Below are positions 51,271 to 64,000 of a stretch of 64,000 nucleotides of DNA, in pieces. Below the pieces are notes generated by a model. It did not search any database and was not told the DNA's origin. It saw nothing but the letters and a program-made list of their open reading frames with translations. The position numbers and the translations under genes are program-made. Within the stretch, counting starts at the first letter, position 1. Each line of letters begins with the position of its first letter. This DNA comes from Eledone cirrhosa (taxonomy: Eukaryota). The stretch spans positions 274,350,001 to 274,414,000 of the forward strand of contig OZ024740.1 in NCBI GenBank assembly GCA_964016885.1. The letters run 5' to 3'.

Positions 51271-52949
51271 TATATATATATATATATAAATGAAAATAGA
51301 GAAATTAATGTAAGCAAAAAGCCTTCCATATACAAACTGGAGCGTACTTAATGCAAATGCATATAATAAATTATTTATCAATTTGAATCTAATGATTCAC
51401 ATTCTTGGTCATCGGAATGTTTTTGCTTCAGTGTGTTTGTTCAGGAACAACTCAGCTTAGAAATGGAATTGTAAGTTTTGAACAAATGTACATATATGTA
51501 TGTATGCACATGTGTGCCAGCTGTAACAGTTTGAAATTTACAGCTTTGATGTTTATATTGCATTGATTGCCTGAAATATATTCTATAGCTTGAAAGCTTG
51601 TGGTCTAAAGTTGATGAGGTGGTTTTCATTCACAGATCATCATCATCATCATCATCCACATTGACATTATTTTCTGTTCATTTTCCAAGCTGTCATAAAT
51701 TGAATGAAATACTGAGCTAGATTAATTAATATTTTCAGAAATTTCTCTCATGTTCAGAGTTGGTGGAAGAAAACTCCCTATTAAAAATTGTTAATAATTA
51801 TTAATTATCGGTCGATTTACATAAAGCATGTTTTATATTGAACTGTATACAGGTACAAGTATAGTACAGTGTTAAAATTCTAGATAGGCACCAGCATTGT
51901 CCACCAGTGTTTGTAATCGTCTGGGTATATCCTTGACTGACTTCATCAGGAACTCAGGCAGTATGTTGGTCAGTACATGATTAATATATTCCAACATTTG
52001 AGTCAGAGATTTTGGTTTTGAGCTATAATCTTCTTCCTTCGGCCTTCATGCAGGAAGAAATCACTTGGCGTTAAGTCAGGTCTTCTTGCTGGTCATTCAT
52101 GTGGACTTTAAAATCTCAGCCAAAATTCTGGAAATTGGACATCAAGCCATGGACAGTGCATAGTAAATGAAAGGGAGGCCCTCATTTTGCATGAATATGA
52201 GGCCATCAACTCTAACATTGCGCACTCTGTATAGCATGTTCATCTCATTTCTTTTCAGCTTTTACAAAGCCACTGCATCACTGCCCATCTCTTGCTATCA
52301 TGTAATATCAGATTTTCAAATGTCATTTTACAATCTGGCCTTCCCTTGGAGAGATAAACTGCCTGTTCCCAACAAAGGTGATATAACTCTGAAATATTTG
52401 CCCACCATCTCCAGAGCAATCATCTCCACTACTTTTTGCATACTATTCTCACTCTTATAGTAACCACCGATATTGGTACAGATGCTGTCAACTGCTTCTA
52501 GGTAACTTTCCAAGTATTTGAAGGAATTTATTTCACTGTAACTCTTGCTGCTAACTACTCTTGTGCAACTGGTATTTTTATGATATATTATAACTATTAG
52601 TTTGCGGTAAGGCATACTACATATATTTTGTTTCATAAGTATTTTTGATGATATATTCAAATCTATATCTAGGCTGCATTTGATTCTTTTAAATTAATCA
52701 AAAGTGTTTTCACTCAATTGACATTATATCTATATTGAGAAATATTATTAATGTTAATGTGAAGAGGAGCAAGGAAGAGCAACAAAATTTAAATATTAAA
52801 TAGTGACAGTATGGAGAGTGATTTGGATCTTTGGAAGTCGTGTTGAAAACTTCCAGGCATGCTTTGCTCTTAATATATAATTCTAACCTTAGAAAGACCG
52901 TTAGAGTGTGATGTTTTTATAGATGAATTATTCAATATTCACACAATTT

Positions 52950-53230
52950 AGGCACGTGGCCTTGTAATAAGGGTGTTGAACTTACAATCATAAAGTCATG
53001 GGTTTGATTCCTGGGCTGGGTTGCATGTTGTGTTCTTGAGCAAAACATTTCATTTCAAGTTGCTTCAGTATGCTCAACTGAAAATGAGTACTAGCAATAG
53101 CTTGGGGCTTAACCCCCTGATGGACGGGCGTCCTGTCCAGAGGAAGTCTTGTACTCTCGCTTGCTTCATGCCAGGAAACCAGGATAAACACTGGCCTAAT
53201 GAGCCTTAAATGATTTAAGACAGACTATAG
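52950..53230 (+). mobile_element. Older tRNA-derived SINE
   Basis: ggcacgtggcc head, gggtttgattcc B-box-like motif, ttcttgagcaaaacattt core. Confidence 0.6.
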
Positions 53231-53867
53231 ACTTTTTATACTAAGACTCACACAATATAGGATGTGATATTGGAAAGATACCTCGGGCTGCCTTCTTCAT
53301 GAAGTATGTAAAGTTAGGTACGGGCTTACATACTGATTGTGATGAGCATAAAAGGAATTTTTAGGTAAATGATATTGCATTCACAATGTGCAAAAAGTTC
53401 ATTAACAATTGACAATTTCTGTCAAAATCGTCATAGAAGGAAATATTCAAGAATGACAAGACATTCTTCCTGAAATATAGTAAAGAAAATATCTGCTGAA
53501 TTATTTATAATTAACATTGGACATTTCTTATATATTTTTTTATTGATATTAAACAGCAGATTATAGCCATTCTGAGGCAAGGCTTTCATGTTTATTATAG
53601 TCAATTATATTAACCTCATCACTCCACACTTTTAATCATCACTTTGCGACATTCAGCAACCTGAACTCATATATATATAAACCTGCATATATAGCCATCA
53701 TTTGTAATTGTAATAAGTATCATATTTTTAATAAGTGCTTTTAGATGCAAACAAACTCTTGACTCTTTATAGATACTCACACATATTTAATGAGTTTTGT
53801 ATTGTTTCTTTCACAAGGCATTGGTATTGAATCATGTTTAGGATAGAAGACACTTGCCTAAGGTGCC

Positions 53868-54331
53868 AAACTTGTTTGCATTCAAAGAACTTAGACTGTA
53901 AAATGGAAATTACTTTTTAGACTTGCAGGGTACAAGGTGTTATTTCTAGAAATTCTTCCACAATAAATGCATTCAAACCTCACTGCAAAGTAGTTGGCAA
54001 TTGAAAAGAGACAATATAGAGTAGAGAAGACCAGTTGGTATTGTGAACGACACATGTCAAAGACCATGTCTCACCTATACATTTTATTTTTATAGGATTT
54101 CCACTGCTGGATGTTCTTCTTGACACTAACATTAGAGAGGTTGTTGTTTCGTTGACAATAGCAACTGGTCTTCTCTACTCTATATTGTCTCTTTTCAATT
54201 GCCAACTACTTTGCAGTGAGGTTTGAATGCATTTATTGTGGAAGAATTTCTAGAAATAACACCTTGTACCCTGCAAGTCTAAAATGTCATTTCCATTTTA
54301 GAGTCTAAGTTCTTTGAATGCAAACAAGTTT
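53868..54331. repeat. Near-perfect inverted repeat: arms of about 183 bp (53868-54050 and 54149-54331), 98-bp spacer
   Basis: aaacttgtttgcattcaaagaacttagact...gagtagagaagaccagttg is mirrored with few mismatches. Confidence 0.92.
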
Positions 54332-54966
54332 ATGGATACCTTCTTGCATTTTGGTTGTTTTTGTTTAAATTCAGCTCAGCTCTGATATCATAAACCAATG
54401 ATCAAAGCTGCTTCAGCCATCTCCATCCTACATTTTGTAAGTATTTAGGCCTATATTATCCAATATGTCCTCCAATTTTTGAGATGGTAGGGTATAGTTT
54501 GCGGGAAGTTTGGTTTCTATTCTTAGTTCAAGAAGGTCGTACATCAAGGTGCAGAATTATCATCAGCCGAGGACCCATCTAAATGTCTGAAATACAATGG
54601 ACATCACTAAAAGCAGGTGGTAGTGCTAAAACAGGAGACAGTTTAAGTCTACCACACAAGCTAAAACGTTCATATGTAACTCCAGACATTTCTATAAAAA
54701 CATAATGTAGTTAATCTAGGAAATGCAGAGCAATTTAGTTTCAACATACATATGTCTCCATGGATGTGGGTGTGTGTGACTGTGTGTATATAAGTGTGGG
54801 TATGTATCTATTGATTTAAAATAAAATTCGTATTTATTGATCCATATCATATCATCTTCCTTTCTGATTTATCTTTTGTATCCCTTTACATATATATATA
54901 GATTTTTTTTATTGAATGCATATATATATTTCTTCGGTATAAGTGTCTGCATGTGTGTGTGTGTAG

Positions 54967-55004
<38 letters not shown>

Positions 55005-55688
55005 CGTATGTGTGTGTGTATAATTGAATATATATGTAAATATATATGTAAATATATATGTATGTATATATATGGGCATACATATGTGTAAATATGTATG
55101 TATATATGAGTATATATGTATGTATATATACATATATACATATATACATATATACATATATATATATATACTCACACAACTATGCATGAGCATATATTTA
55201 CATATCCATGCATGTGTCCATGTGTGTGAGTGTATCTACATTCATAAATCTAATACTTTTATCTATAGACATCGTCATACATACAGATTAAAAAAGACAT
55301 AAAAATTACTACTCCTTTTGTCATTAATACACATACATAAGCGCATGCATTACACTATCAGATAAACACCTATACAGAGATGTACATATGCATATTCACA
55401 AAAATTATATAGGAAATACTTTTCTCAGTACACTGGCCAGATGGATACTCACATACATGGGTAATACCTGTTAAATACACATTAACACAAACAGAAACAG
55501 ATTCATATATAGAAACAGCTTCATATAGTCCACATATAAAAAACAACAAAAATTCAGCTATACATGCAAGAGGTATATGCTGGGTGACTTATCTTTAATT
55601 TCCTATGAATTCTTTATTTTCAACGCGAACAATTTACTCTATCTAAAAATATTTCCCACTCTTTGGTAATAACATGAGAATACACTGC

Positions 55689-55769
<81 letters not shown>

Positions 55770-56459
55770 GCATTCTCTGAATATTACCAAAGCGTATATA
55801 TATATATATATATATACACATATCAATATATATATATGTATATATACATATCAATAAAGCAGTTGACTAAGTAAACATTGAGAAAATTTGAAATGTGTGC
55901 ATCCCAATGCATATGATCATAATAATAGTTAATCACTGTAAATAACAATTAAGAAACACTGGTAAAGTACACCTCAAAAATGGAAAGTGGTGGAGAAATG
56001 TGCCTGTGAGAAAGGTACCTCTGTCCATTACTTTCTATTTCCAGAGGTATTTTACCTGATTTTCACAACTATTATTTATAGTGAACAATTAATATTATAA
56101 CCATTTGCTTTGGGCCACATCCATTTCATATAACCAAAGAATAACAGCATGCAGGTTTAATGTATTACACCATGCAGGTTCAATGAAGAATGAACACATA
56201 TCTATTAATGGGTATATATATTTCCTGTGAAGGCAAGTGGCTGAGTGGTTAGAGAATTGGATTCACAATCGTGAGGATGTGAGTTCGATTCCCCGACTGA
56301 TTGATGTGTTATGTCCTTCGGCAAGACACTTTATTTCACGTTGCTCCTTGTACTTGAAGTTGCAGCCAATAGAGAGTATTAGCAATCGGAAAGACCAACA
56401 GAAACATTGTTTCCTATGTCCGATTTGATGAAAATCGATCAGGTGTCGATCATCATTTT

Positions 56460-56797
56460 CATCATCATCATTTCATTTTACGTCCGCTTTTTCCCTGCTT
56501 GCAAGGGTGGGACGGGAATTGATTGTGGCTTGATTTCTACAGCTGGATGCCCTTCCTAACACCAACCTCATTTACAGTGAGTGCTGGGTGCTTTTTTGCT
56601 GTGGCACCTCCATGACCACTTTTCAGTGGAATGATAGGGAACCCAGTCCCTATCATATCATTTCTACAGCTGAGTAAACTGGAGCAAAGTGAAATAAAGT
56701 GTCTTGCTCAAGGAAACAACACATCACTCGGTCTGAGAATTGAACTCACAACCTTTCGATTGCAAGGCCAATGCTCTAACCACTAAGCCATGTGCCT
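56460..56797 (-). mobile_element. tRNA-derived SINE, family 2
   Basis: Reverse complement of the 41601 copy. Confidence 0.9.
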
Positions 56798-57626
56798 CGA
56801 TATATTTCTTATTTTCTTATACCATACAGAAAAACTCCTCTGAAGAGAAACCCATTCTGTTAACGATTGCCATATCAGTCTATTGAAGGGCTATCTGCTA
56901 TTCTTTGGATTTTGATACTTCAGTAATGACAATTTTTTATCCGTAGGGAAAGATGCTTCTGATAAAGTTTGACTAGGAATTAAACAACAATAACAATAAC
57001 AATAGGCTGCATACAGTTACATAGTGTATATGAACCCATCCATTGATAAAATCCTTGAGCTTGAATACTTGCTATCTGTATCCGACTTATGTACAGTCAT
57101 ATCAATTGTAGAGAAGAAGTTGTCATGTTTCTTAACACAAATGGAAGGGTCCTCCTAATTGCTTGTGTGGCAAGCTTTCTATGGCTGTATACCCTTCCTA
57201 ACACCAACCACTTTACAGTGCATATGGGGTGTTTTTACTGTGTAAATCACCAGCACTAGGGAGGCTGTACTGTCCTCATCACAATTAAAGAGTCCTTCCA
57301 ACATTTTGTTTGATAAGTGTTATATGACTGGATGCCCTTCCTATCACAAGCCACTTTACAGCAAGTACTGGGTACATCTATCATGTTAATCACCAACACT
57401 AAAGATGTTGTTGTGTCTTTGACACAATTAAAGAGTCCTCCAATCCTTTTAGGCATGGTTTCTACAATTGGGTGCCTTTCTTTTCACTAACCACCCATAC
57501 AGAGTGTAATCATTTTTATTTCAAATCAATCCTTGTACTTACCAGTACAAGGATTGATTTTCAATAAAAACTATTACTGTGCATCTGGATTTTTCTAAAT
57601 TTCAATAACAAATGCATGAAATATCA

Positions 57627-57817
57627 GATTGGATTGGCAGTATCGGTAGAGGGTCAAACACCATGCTTTCCAGCATAGAGTTACATCCCTTTGCAGTCTG
57701 AGTTCAAATCCCACCGAGGTTAACTCTGCCTTTCATCCTTACAGGGTTGATAAAATAAAGTACCAGTAATGCATTGGGATAACTGCTGGCCTTGTGCCAA
57801 AAGTAGAAACAATTATT
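57627..57817 (+). mobile_element. tRNA-derived SINE, family 1
   Basis: A/B boxes and body as at 39518. Confidence 0.9.
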
Positions 57818-58613
57818 TTGTTTATATTTCATACACTTCTCTGAAAATTGAGCAATTTAATATTTTCAACCAAAAAGGGCACCCAGCCATAGAAATCAAG
57901 TCAAAATACAGATCTGTATGAACAAGACATGGTCTCTGGACCTATTTTGTCTCATAACATGACAACCTGTCTAACCTATGCAAGCATGGAAAACAGACAC
58001 TAATGATGATGATGAAAGCCTCTAAAAACACATACATGCACACACATACACACACACACATGCACATTTCTAAATGCAAATGTTGAATGTTGGCTGAAAA
58101 ATTAACAGGTTGAAAAATACATGGGCTGACTAAGATACTCTCATGGAATGACTAAATTAGGTTTATTTTTCAACATAGTCCCTGAAGAGAAACAATACAG
58201 TTATTAATAAGAAGAATTGAAACTAATGTGGGCAAGATTTCACAGCTCTACCATGAATCCTTCATAGCTACCCCCCTAAATTTTCAGCTGACCCTCATGC
58301 ATGTCTTACATTTATTCATACCCTTGGATATACCATACTCTTCCAGACAACTGATCTTCTATGAGTAACTTTTAGTTATCTTTATGTTTAACATTTATGA
58401 TGTTACTCAGTTTTTCTTTTGCTTGCATACATTAGACAATTTTTTGATTTACAAGTAAACATTCTGCTTTAAAATCTGGAAATAAAAATAAAATAACATG
58501 TTAGATACAGGTACTGGGTATGTTGTATATTTTCCCTCTTTTTTTTTTCATTGAGCAAGAATCACCTGAGATTTGTATGATTATATATTTTTAAAAAAAA
58601 ATTATATAACAAC

Positions 58614-58668
<55 letters not shown>

Positions 58669-58686
58669 AGGCCAGTGGTGGTAGTG

Positions 58687-58731
<45 letters not shown>

Positions 58732-58749
58732 AGGCCAGTGGTGGTAGTG

Positions 58750-58780
<31 letters not shown>

Positions 58781-58822
58781 AAGTGTGGTGTGGTAATAGT
58801 AGTGTGGTGTGGTAGTAGTAGA
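58614..58822. repeat. (GTA)n microsatellite with a duplicated gtgaggccagtggtg interruption
   Basis: Direct inspection. Confidence 0.95.
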
Positions 58823-59658
58823 TTTCAACTCGTAATAACCAGGTGAAAACATATCAAACTTAAATCCATGCAGTTTGTTTCCATTTCAAGATAAGCATTT
58901 TCTTTTCGTAATTTTTTCAAGATGATGCTGGTAATGTAGAAAGTACTAGAACAGAGATGAGGATAGAAATAGTGCTAAATTTCAGAGTATTCATGAAAAG
59001 TATAAGATAGATAATTCCTAATACCAAATGACAGTCAGTTTATTAAATATGAATTTGCGATCGGTAAAGAATTATGTTTAGAAGTACATACCACTTTCAA
59101 AATTGTTAATGATCCATATTAAATCGTCTCTTGGGCAGCTACCCCACCCAGTCTTAAGGGTTTTATCACAAATTGGTTGGGAGCATTAAGTGCTAACATT
59201 TGGGGAAAATTTACATCTGAAGACTTGTGTTGATTACATAGGGAATATACACCCACATATAGATATTTAAGTAAACACCGGCACTGGCACAGTGAGACAG
59301 AAAGTAAATGTAATAAAAAACTGGAAGTTGCATGGATTAGAGAGGTCTTTTTTATCCTGCAGTAGAGGAGACAACTTTGCTATTGTTGATGTCACTATGG
59401 AATGCACCCCCAGTAAACCTAGTAATATGTTAGACAAACAAATCAAGAAAAAATAAGAAAGAGAGGAGTCTTCAGTTTCACCAAGAACATAGCAATCTTT
59501 CTGGAGCTAGCGGCAGATTACAATGCAGTGAGTAAAACACTGTAACATGGTTAGTATTAAGAAAGTAAGGTAGAAAACAGAGGTAAATCTTTGAGATAGT
59601 AATAATTCAAGGATGTTGATGAAATGTGGTAAGATTGTGAAAGCCTGAGGTATACATG

Positions 59659-59700
<42 letters not shown>

Positions 59701-59783
59701 CATGTATATATATATTAGAAAGTGAGGGTTTTTTTACAAAATGAAAAATAACCGAGGTGTCCTACACGAGTGAAAGTATAAGG

Positions 59784-59897
59784 AAAAAAAGATGAAATCA
59801 AAAATGCAACTGGAGTCTTATTTTAAAAAAAATATATATATAATAAATATATTTTTAAAAAAATAAGACTACAGTTGCATTTTCGATTTCATCTTTT

Positions 59898-59900
<3 letters not shown>
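59784..59900. repeat. AT-rich fold-back palindrome
   Basis: aaaaaaagatgaaatc.aaaatgcaactg.agtcttatttt is mirrored by aaaataagact.cagttgcatttt.gatttcatcttttttt. Confidence 0.85.
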
Positions 59901-59928
<28 letters not shown>

Positions 59929-60209
59929 CCAAACCCATGCAAGCGTGGAACATGGACGTTAAACGATGATGATGTTATATATGTGTGTGTGTCTGTGTGT
60001 GTGTATCTATATAAATGTATGTATGTTTTGTCATCATCATCATTATTTTATGTCTGCTTTTCTCTGCTTGCAAAGGTTGGACGGGTCCTTTTCATCACAG
60101 CAACTCTCCATTTATTACAGTCCTTCATCATCTCCTCTGTGAGCTTCCGCAATCTGAGATCAGCTCTCACCACCTCTGCCCATATTTTCCGTGGTGTCTT
60201 CATCTACTG

Positions 60210-60283
<74 letters not shown>

Positions 60284-60328
60284 TATATATATGTATATAT
60301 ATATGTATATATATATATGTATATATGT

Positions 60329-60790
60329 ATCGTTTCTGAATTTGTTTAGCAAGATTCTTTATCTGAAAACGTGTGTTGAAACCGATATTGGTATACTTTG
60401 GGAGGGTCATGTTGCCAATAAGAAACACACGCACCAGTTGCTTTCACTTCAATTTATTACAATAAATTTATAAATTTAGGAATTTATAAATTTCCGGTTG
60501 GTTGGTTGGTTCCACAACCAGATGATCGTTTATATATTGTCAAAGTTCTTTCGTCACACATTCTGTGACCTCTTCAGTGACTGGGGATTCTTTTCTTTGT
60601 TTTTGTGCCTCTCCTTTGTTCTGTCCTACGCCATCTTGTTTTTGTCTGTGTTGTGTGCTTAGTTTGCGCATGTGTTACATCCGGGTGTCTGTGTGTGTTT
60701 ATATTTCTTTATTTATTTGTTTATTTACATGTTACTGGTTGGTTGTTTGTTCTATGTGCGTGTGTGTTTTCATTTTGTCCTTAATTGTAA
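60329..60790 (-). mobile_element. PLE pLTR-like family B copy, not folded back
   Basis: Colinear with 26934-27190 and, reverse-complemented, with 27191-27629. Confidence 0.85.
60539..60581 (-). ncRNA. Type I hammerhead ribozyme (family B)
   Basis: Minus strand reads gtca CTGAAGA g gtcaca gaatg tgtgac GAAA gaac TT tgac. Confidence 0.72.
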
Positions 60791-61400
60791 GTTGTGATGT
60801 TGCTGTTCCATTCATGTTTTCTATTTAATTTTGGTTGGAGTTTATTGCCTCTGTGATTTGTCTAAACATTAAATAGAAAACATCTCACTCTCCTCTATCT
60901 TTGTATTTCTTCTTTAATTTCTCATTCTATTTTCTGACAAAGGACTAGAGTCTGAAACATCATGACTCCTTTCCTTCTATATCCAGTTTAAAATTAATTT
61001 CTTCATTGTACTGTGTCATTTGCTCTGTTATTTCTGTTTACTTTATGCAAACACACACGTACACACACACATATATATGCAAATATTGTTTGAAATAGAT
61101 GTCAGCTAATCATGCGCTTTTGTCAGTACTCAGAAATTCATGATGGTATATAATGAATTGTAACAGATTAATCTCACATGCACCATCAATCATCAGTCGT
61201 TATGAAAAAATATATATGGTTCCTGGTCTTATTTACCTCCAATGCTTAACTACTTTGAAAAAGAATATCTTTTTTTTTAATCCAGGAGAGGTACTTCCTT
61301 TTTTTGTCTGATATAGCTATCTGTCAGGCTTACATAACACTGAGCAAGGTAATTTCCATGAGGGAATCGGGGCCCTGGATATAGAAGTTCCCATATATAT

Positions 61401-61745
61401 CATCATCATCATCATCATTTCATTTTACGTCCGCTTTTTCCCTGTTTGCAAGGGTGGGACGGGAACTGATTCTGGCTTGATTTCTACAGCTGGATGCCCT
61501 TCCTAACACCAACCTCATTAACTGTGAGTGCTGGGTGCTTTTTTGCTGTGGCACCTCCACGACCACTTTGCAGTGGTAGATAGGGACCTCAGTCCCTATC
61601 ATCTCATTTCTACAGCTGAGTAAACTGGAGCAATGTGAAATAAAGTGTCTTGCTCAAGGAAACAACACATCACCCGGTCTGAGAATTGAACTCACAACCT
61701 TTCGATTGCAAGGCCAATGCTCTAACCACTAAGTCATGTGCCTCC
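61401..61745 (-). mobile_element. tRNA-derived SINE, family 2
   Basis: Reverse complement of the 41601 copy. Confidence 0.9.
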
Positions 61746-61859
61746 ATATATATACACGTATAGCCAGTGTTGAGCAAACAGGTGGCAACATGCCATCAGT
61801 AGAGTACACATTCTAATCGGGCTTGTTTATTTCCAAACGAATCAAACATTATTATTAAT

Positions 61860-62055
61860 GGGCGATGGATTGGCAGTATTGGTAGAGGGTCGGACGCCAT
61901 GCTTTGACGCATAGAGTTACGGCCCTTGCCATTTTGAGTTCAAATCCCGCTGAGGTTAACTTTGCCTTTCATCCTTACGGGGTCGATAAAATAAAGTACC
62001 AGTAATGTACTGGGTAATTGCTGGCCTTGTGCCAAATGTAGAAACAATTATTATT
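61860..62055 (+). mobile_element. tRNA-derived SINE, family 1
   Basis: A/B boxes and body as at 39518. Confidence 0.9.
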
Positions 62056-62189
62056 AATGTGTTCGATATAACCCATATATACATATGTATATGTATATGT
62101 ATGTGTGTGTGTATATATATATACAGATATGTATATATATATGTGTGTGTACGTATGCAAATTTTCTTTTATATATCATATCTATCTAT

Positions 62190-63148
62190 CTAAGGCGGGT
62201 AAAATTCCCGAGATCCATGGACGAGTTCTCTCCAGCGGTCTCTGTCCCTCATTATCGCTGCCATATCCTGCATCTCCAACAGACCAGTGTCTGTCCTTAG
62301 GGCATCAACTCAGAGCTGTATGGGAGCATCCCAAAAGTCAGCTCAAAAGTGACACAGAGGAGACTGAGGTTGGTTGGACATGCTCACCGACATCCAGAGT
62401 TGACATTGCACTCAGTGCTCCTTTGGGAGCCCCTAAATGGACACACTAGAAGAGGAAGACCAAGGTTAACATATATCATATATATATATATATATGAAGT
62501 TGATACATAGGTGACCTAATCAGAAGTATGTAGAATGCTCTGGAAGTCTAGTAGCCAAAATAAGAACAGGCTGGATGAATTTTAGGGAGCTAGTAACTCT
62601 GCTGCCAACAAAGCAGTTCACCCTCTGTGTGATGAGTCAATTTTATATTGCCTGTGTGTGAACTGTAATACTACATGCAGTGAGACATGGGCCTTGAATA
62701 CAGAAGACCTGGAAAAGTCAGGAAGAAATGAAATAAGCATGATCTGTTGCATAGCAAAAGTAAGTTTAGGGGAAAATTCTGTTTAAAGATCATGAGGATC
62801 AATAAGATGGTATGTACTTGAGGTACATATGGAAGATGACAGGTGTATAAAAAAATGCAAAGAAAACTCAGTGGATGGGATTTATGGTACATCAATGGAG
62901 ACATGTTTAGAAGCAGTGAAGCCAATCTTGGCAGCTGAGTCTCAGAAGAGAGATGAGAAAGGGCTGGCAAGTCTTTTTCAGTTCTACATGTCGTCATGTA
63001 GAACTGAAAAAGACTTGCCAGCCAATGATAAGAATGTAACATCACTGGTCCCTACCATTTGAGAGGTCAGTAGATCTCATTAAGTGATGACATATCCACT
63101 TGTTTTGCTAGCTTGGAAAATGGACATTGAATGATGATGATGATGATG
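62190..63148 (+). mobile_element. Two decayed RTE LINE 3' fragments (about 62190-62470 and 62495-63148, the latter ending in (GAT)n)
   Basis: RRLRLVGHAHRH..LLWEP..RRGRP remnants; YIGD..KIRTGWMNFREL..LHAVRHG-like remnants homologous to 38400-38650; tail ggacattgaatgatgatg. Confidence 0.65.
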
Positions 63149-63258
63149 TGTATATATATATATATATGTATGTCATCATCATTCATATATATATATTTAT
63201 ATATATATATATATTTATATATATAAGTTTGTATACATACATACATATATATATGTAC

Positions 63259-63347
63259 GTATCAGCCGTACTAAGAGTGAGAAATGAAATTTCATTTTCT
63301 ATTTATATATATTTATATATATGTATATACATTTATATATATGTATA

Positions 63348-63389
<42 letters not shown>

Positions 63390-63800
63390 CGTATATATAA
63401 ATGAATATACATATATATAAATATATATAAATAGAAAATGAAATTTCATTTCTCACTCTTAGTACGGCTGATACTTAAATGTAAGTATGTATACGTACAT
63501 ACATATATGTATACAGACGTACAGTAGTATGTATATACATACATACTTGTACACATATATATGTACGTATGGGTTTACCGAACATTTATTATAATGTTCA
63601 GTTTGTACGGCTTAATTCGGGATGTTTACCGTATGGGTTTACCGAGCATTATAATAAATGTTCGGTAAACCGTACATATATATATGTGTGCATGTATGTA
63701 TGTATATACATACTACTGTACGTCTGTATACATATATGTATGTATGTATACATATTTATATTTAAGTATCAGCTGTACTAAGAGTGAGAAATAAAATTTT
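63259..63800. repeat. Compound fold-back: three copies of gtatcagc(c/t)gtactaagagtgagaaat in +/-/+ orientation forming two overlapping inverted repeats
   Basis: Copies at about 63259 (+), 63474 (-) and 63766 (+); 63440-63597 is mirrored by about 63645-63800. Confidence 0.85.
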
Positions 63801-63846
63801 ATATATATATGATATATACTATATATTATATATAGTTATATATAGT

Positions 63847-63881
<35 letters not shown>

Positions 63882-64000
63882 CAAACAACCTTGAAGCTTA
63901 TGTTAACTTGATACTAAATTTATTCCTCAGGCCCTTAAAAATGATTTTTCTAATTTGCTTTTTTTTCACTCATTGGTAAAAAAATCTCTCATGAAGATAA

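Noticed and set aside
52000-52660. 110-aa minus-strand ORF (..NSFKYLES..LQGKARL)
   Set aside because: Probably a very old RTE C-terminal remnant; too decayed to annotate and not a host gene.

Overview
AT-rich, microsatellite-dense eukaryotic genomic DNA with no recognisable intact host protein-coding gene. The repeat landscape (long (TA)n tracts, two abundant tRNA-derived SINE families, RTE LINEs with (GAT)n tails) suggests a mollusc, probably an octopus; this is an inference. The window contains: the 3' end of a Penelope-like element (PLE; GIY-YIG endonuclease plus pseudo-LTRs) at 1-3412; a decayed Helitron RepHel on the minus strand (about 4250-6960), preceded by a 27-bp GCGCATGCGC minisatellite and an inverted duplicate of an ETS-motif promoter-like segment; decayed R4/Dong-like and HERO-like non-LTR elements; two RTE LINEs, one near full length with a PHD-type C4HC3 finger inside the RT region; many SINEs; two mariner-type MITEs; and numerous fold-back inverted repeats. 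The most notable hidden layer is about 12 type I hammerhead ribozyme (HHR) motifs in short PLE pseudo-LTR-like repeats inserted in (TA)n. Seven have the canonical CUGANGA...GAAA core. Five copies of one family share a non-canonical CAGAAGA (U4A) core. Several occur as inverted pairs whose junctions fall at the 5' edge of the ribozyme. Most ORFs in the supplied track are microsatellite artefacts. All structures were folded by eye and coordinates were counted manually.
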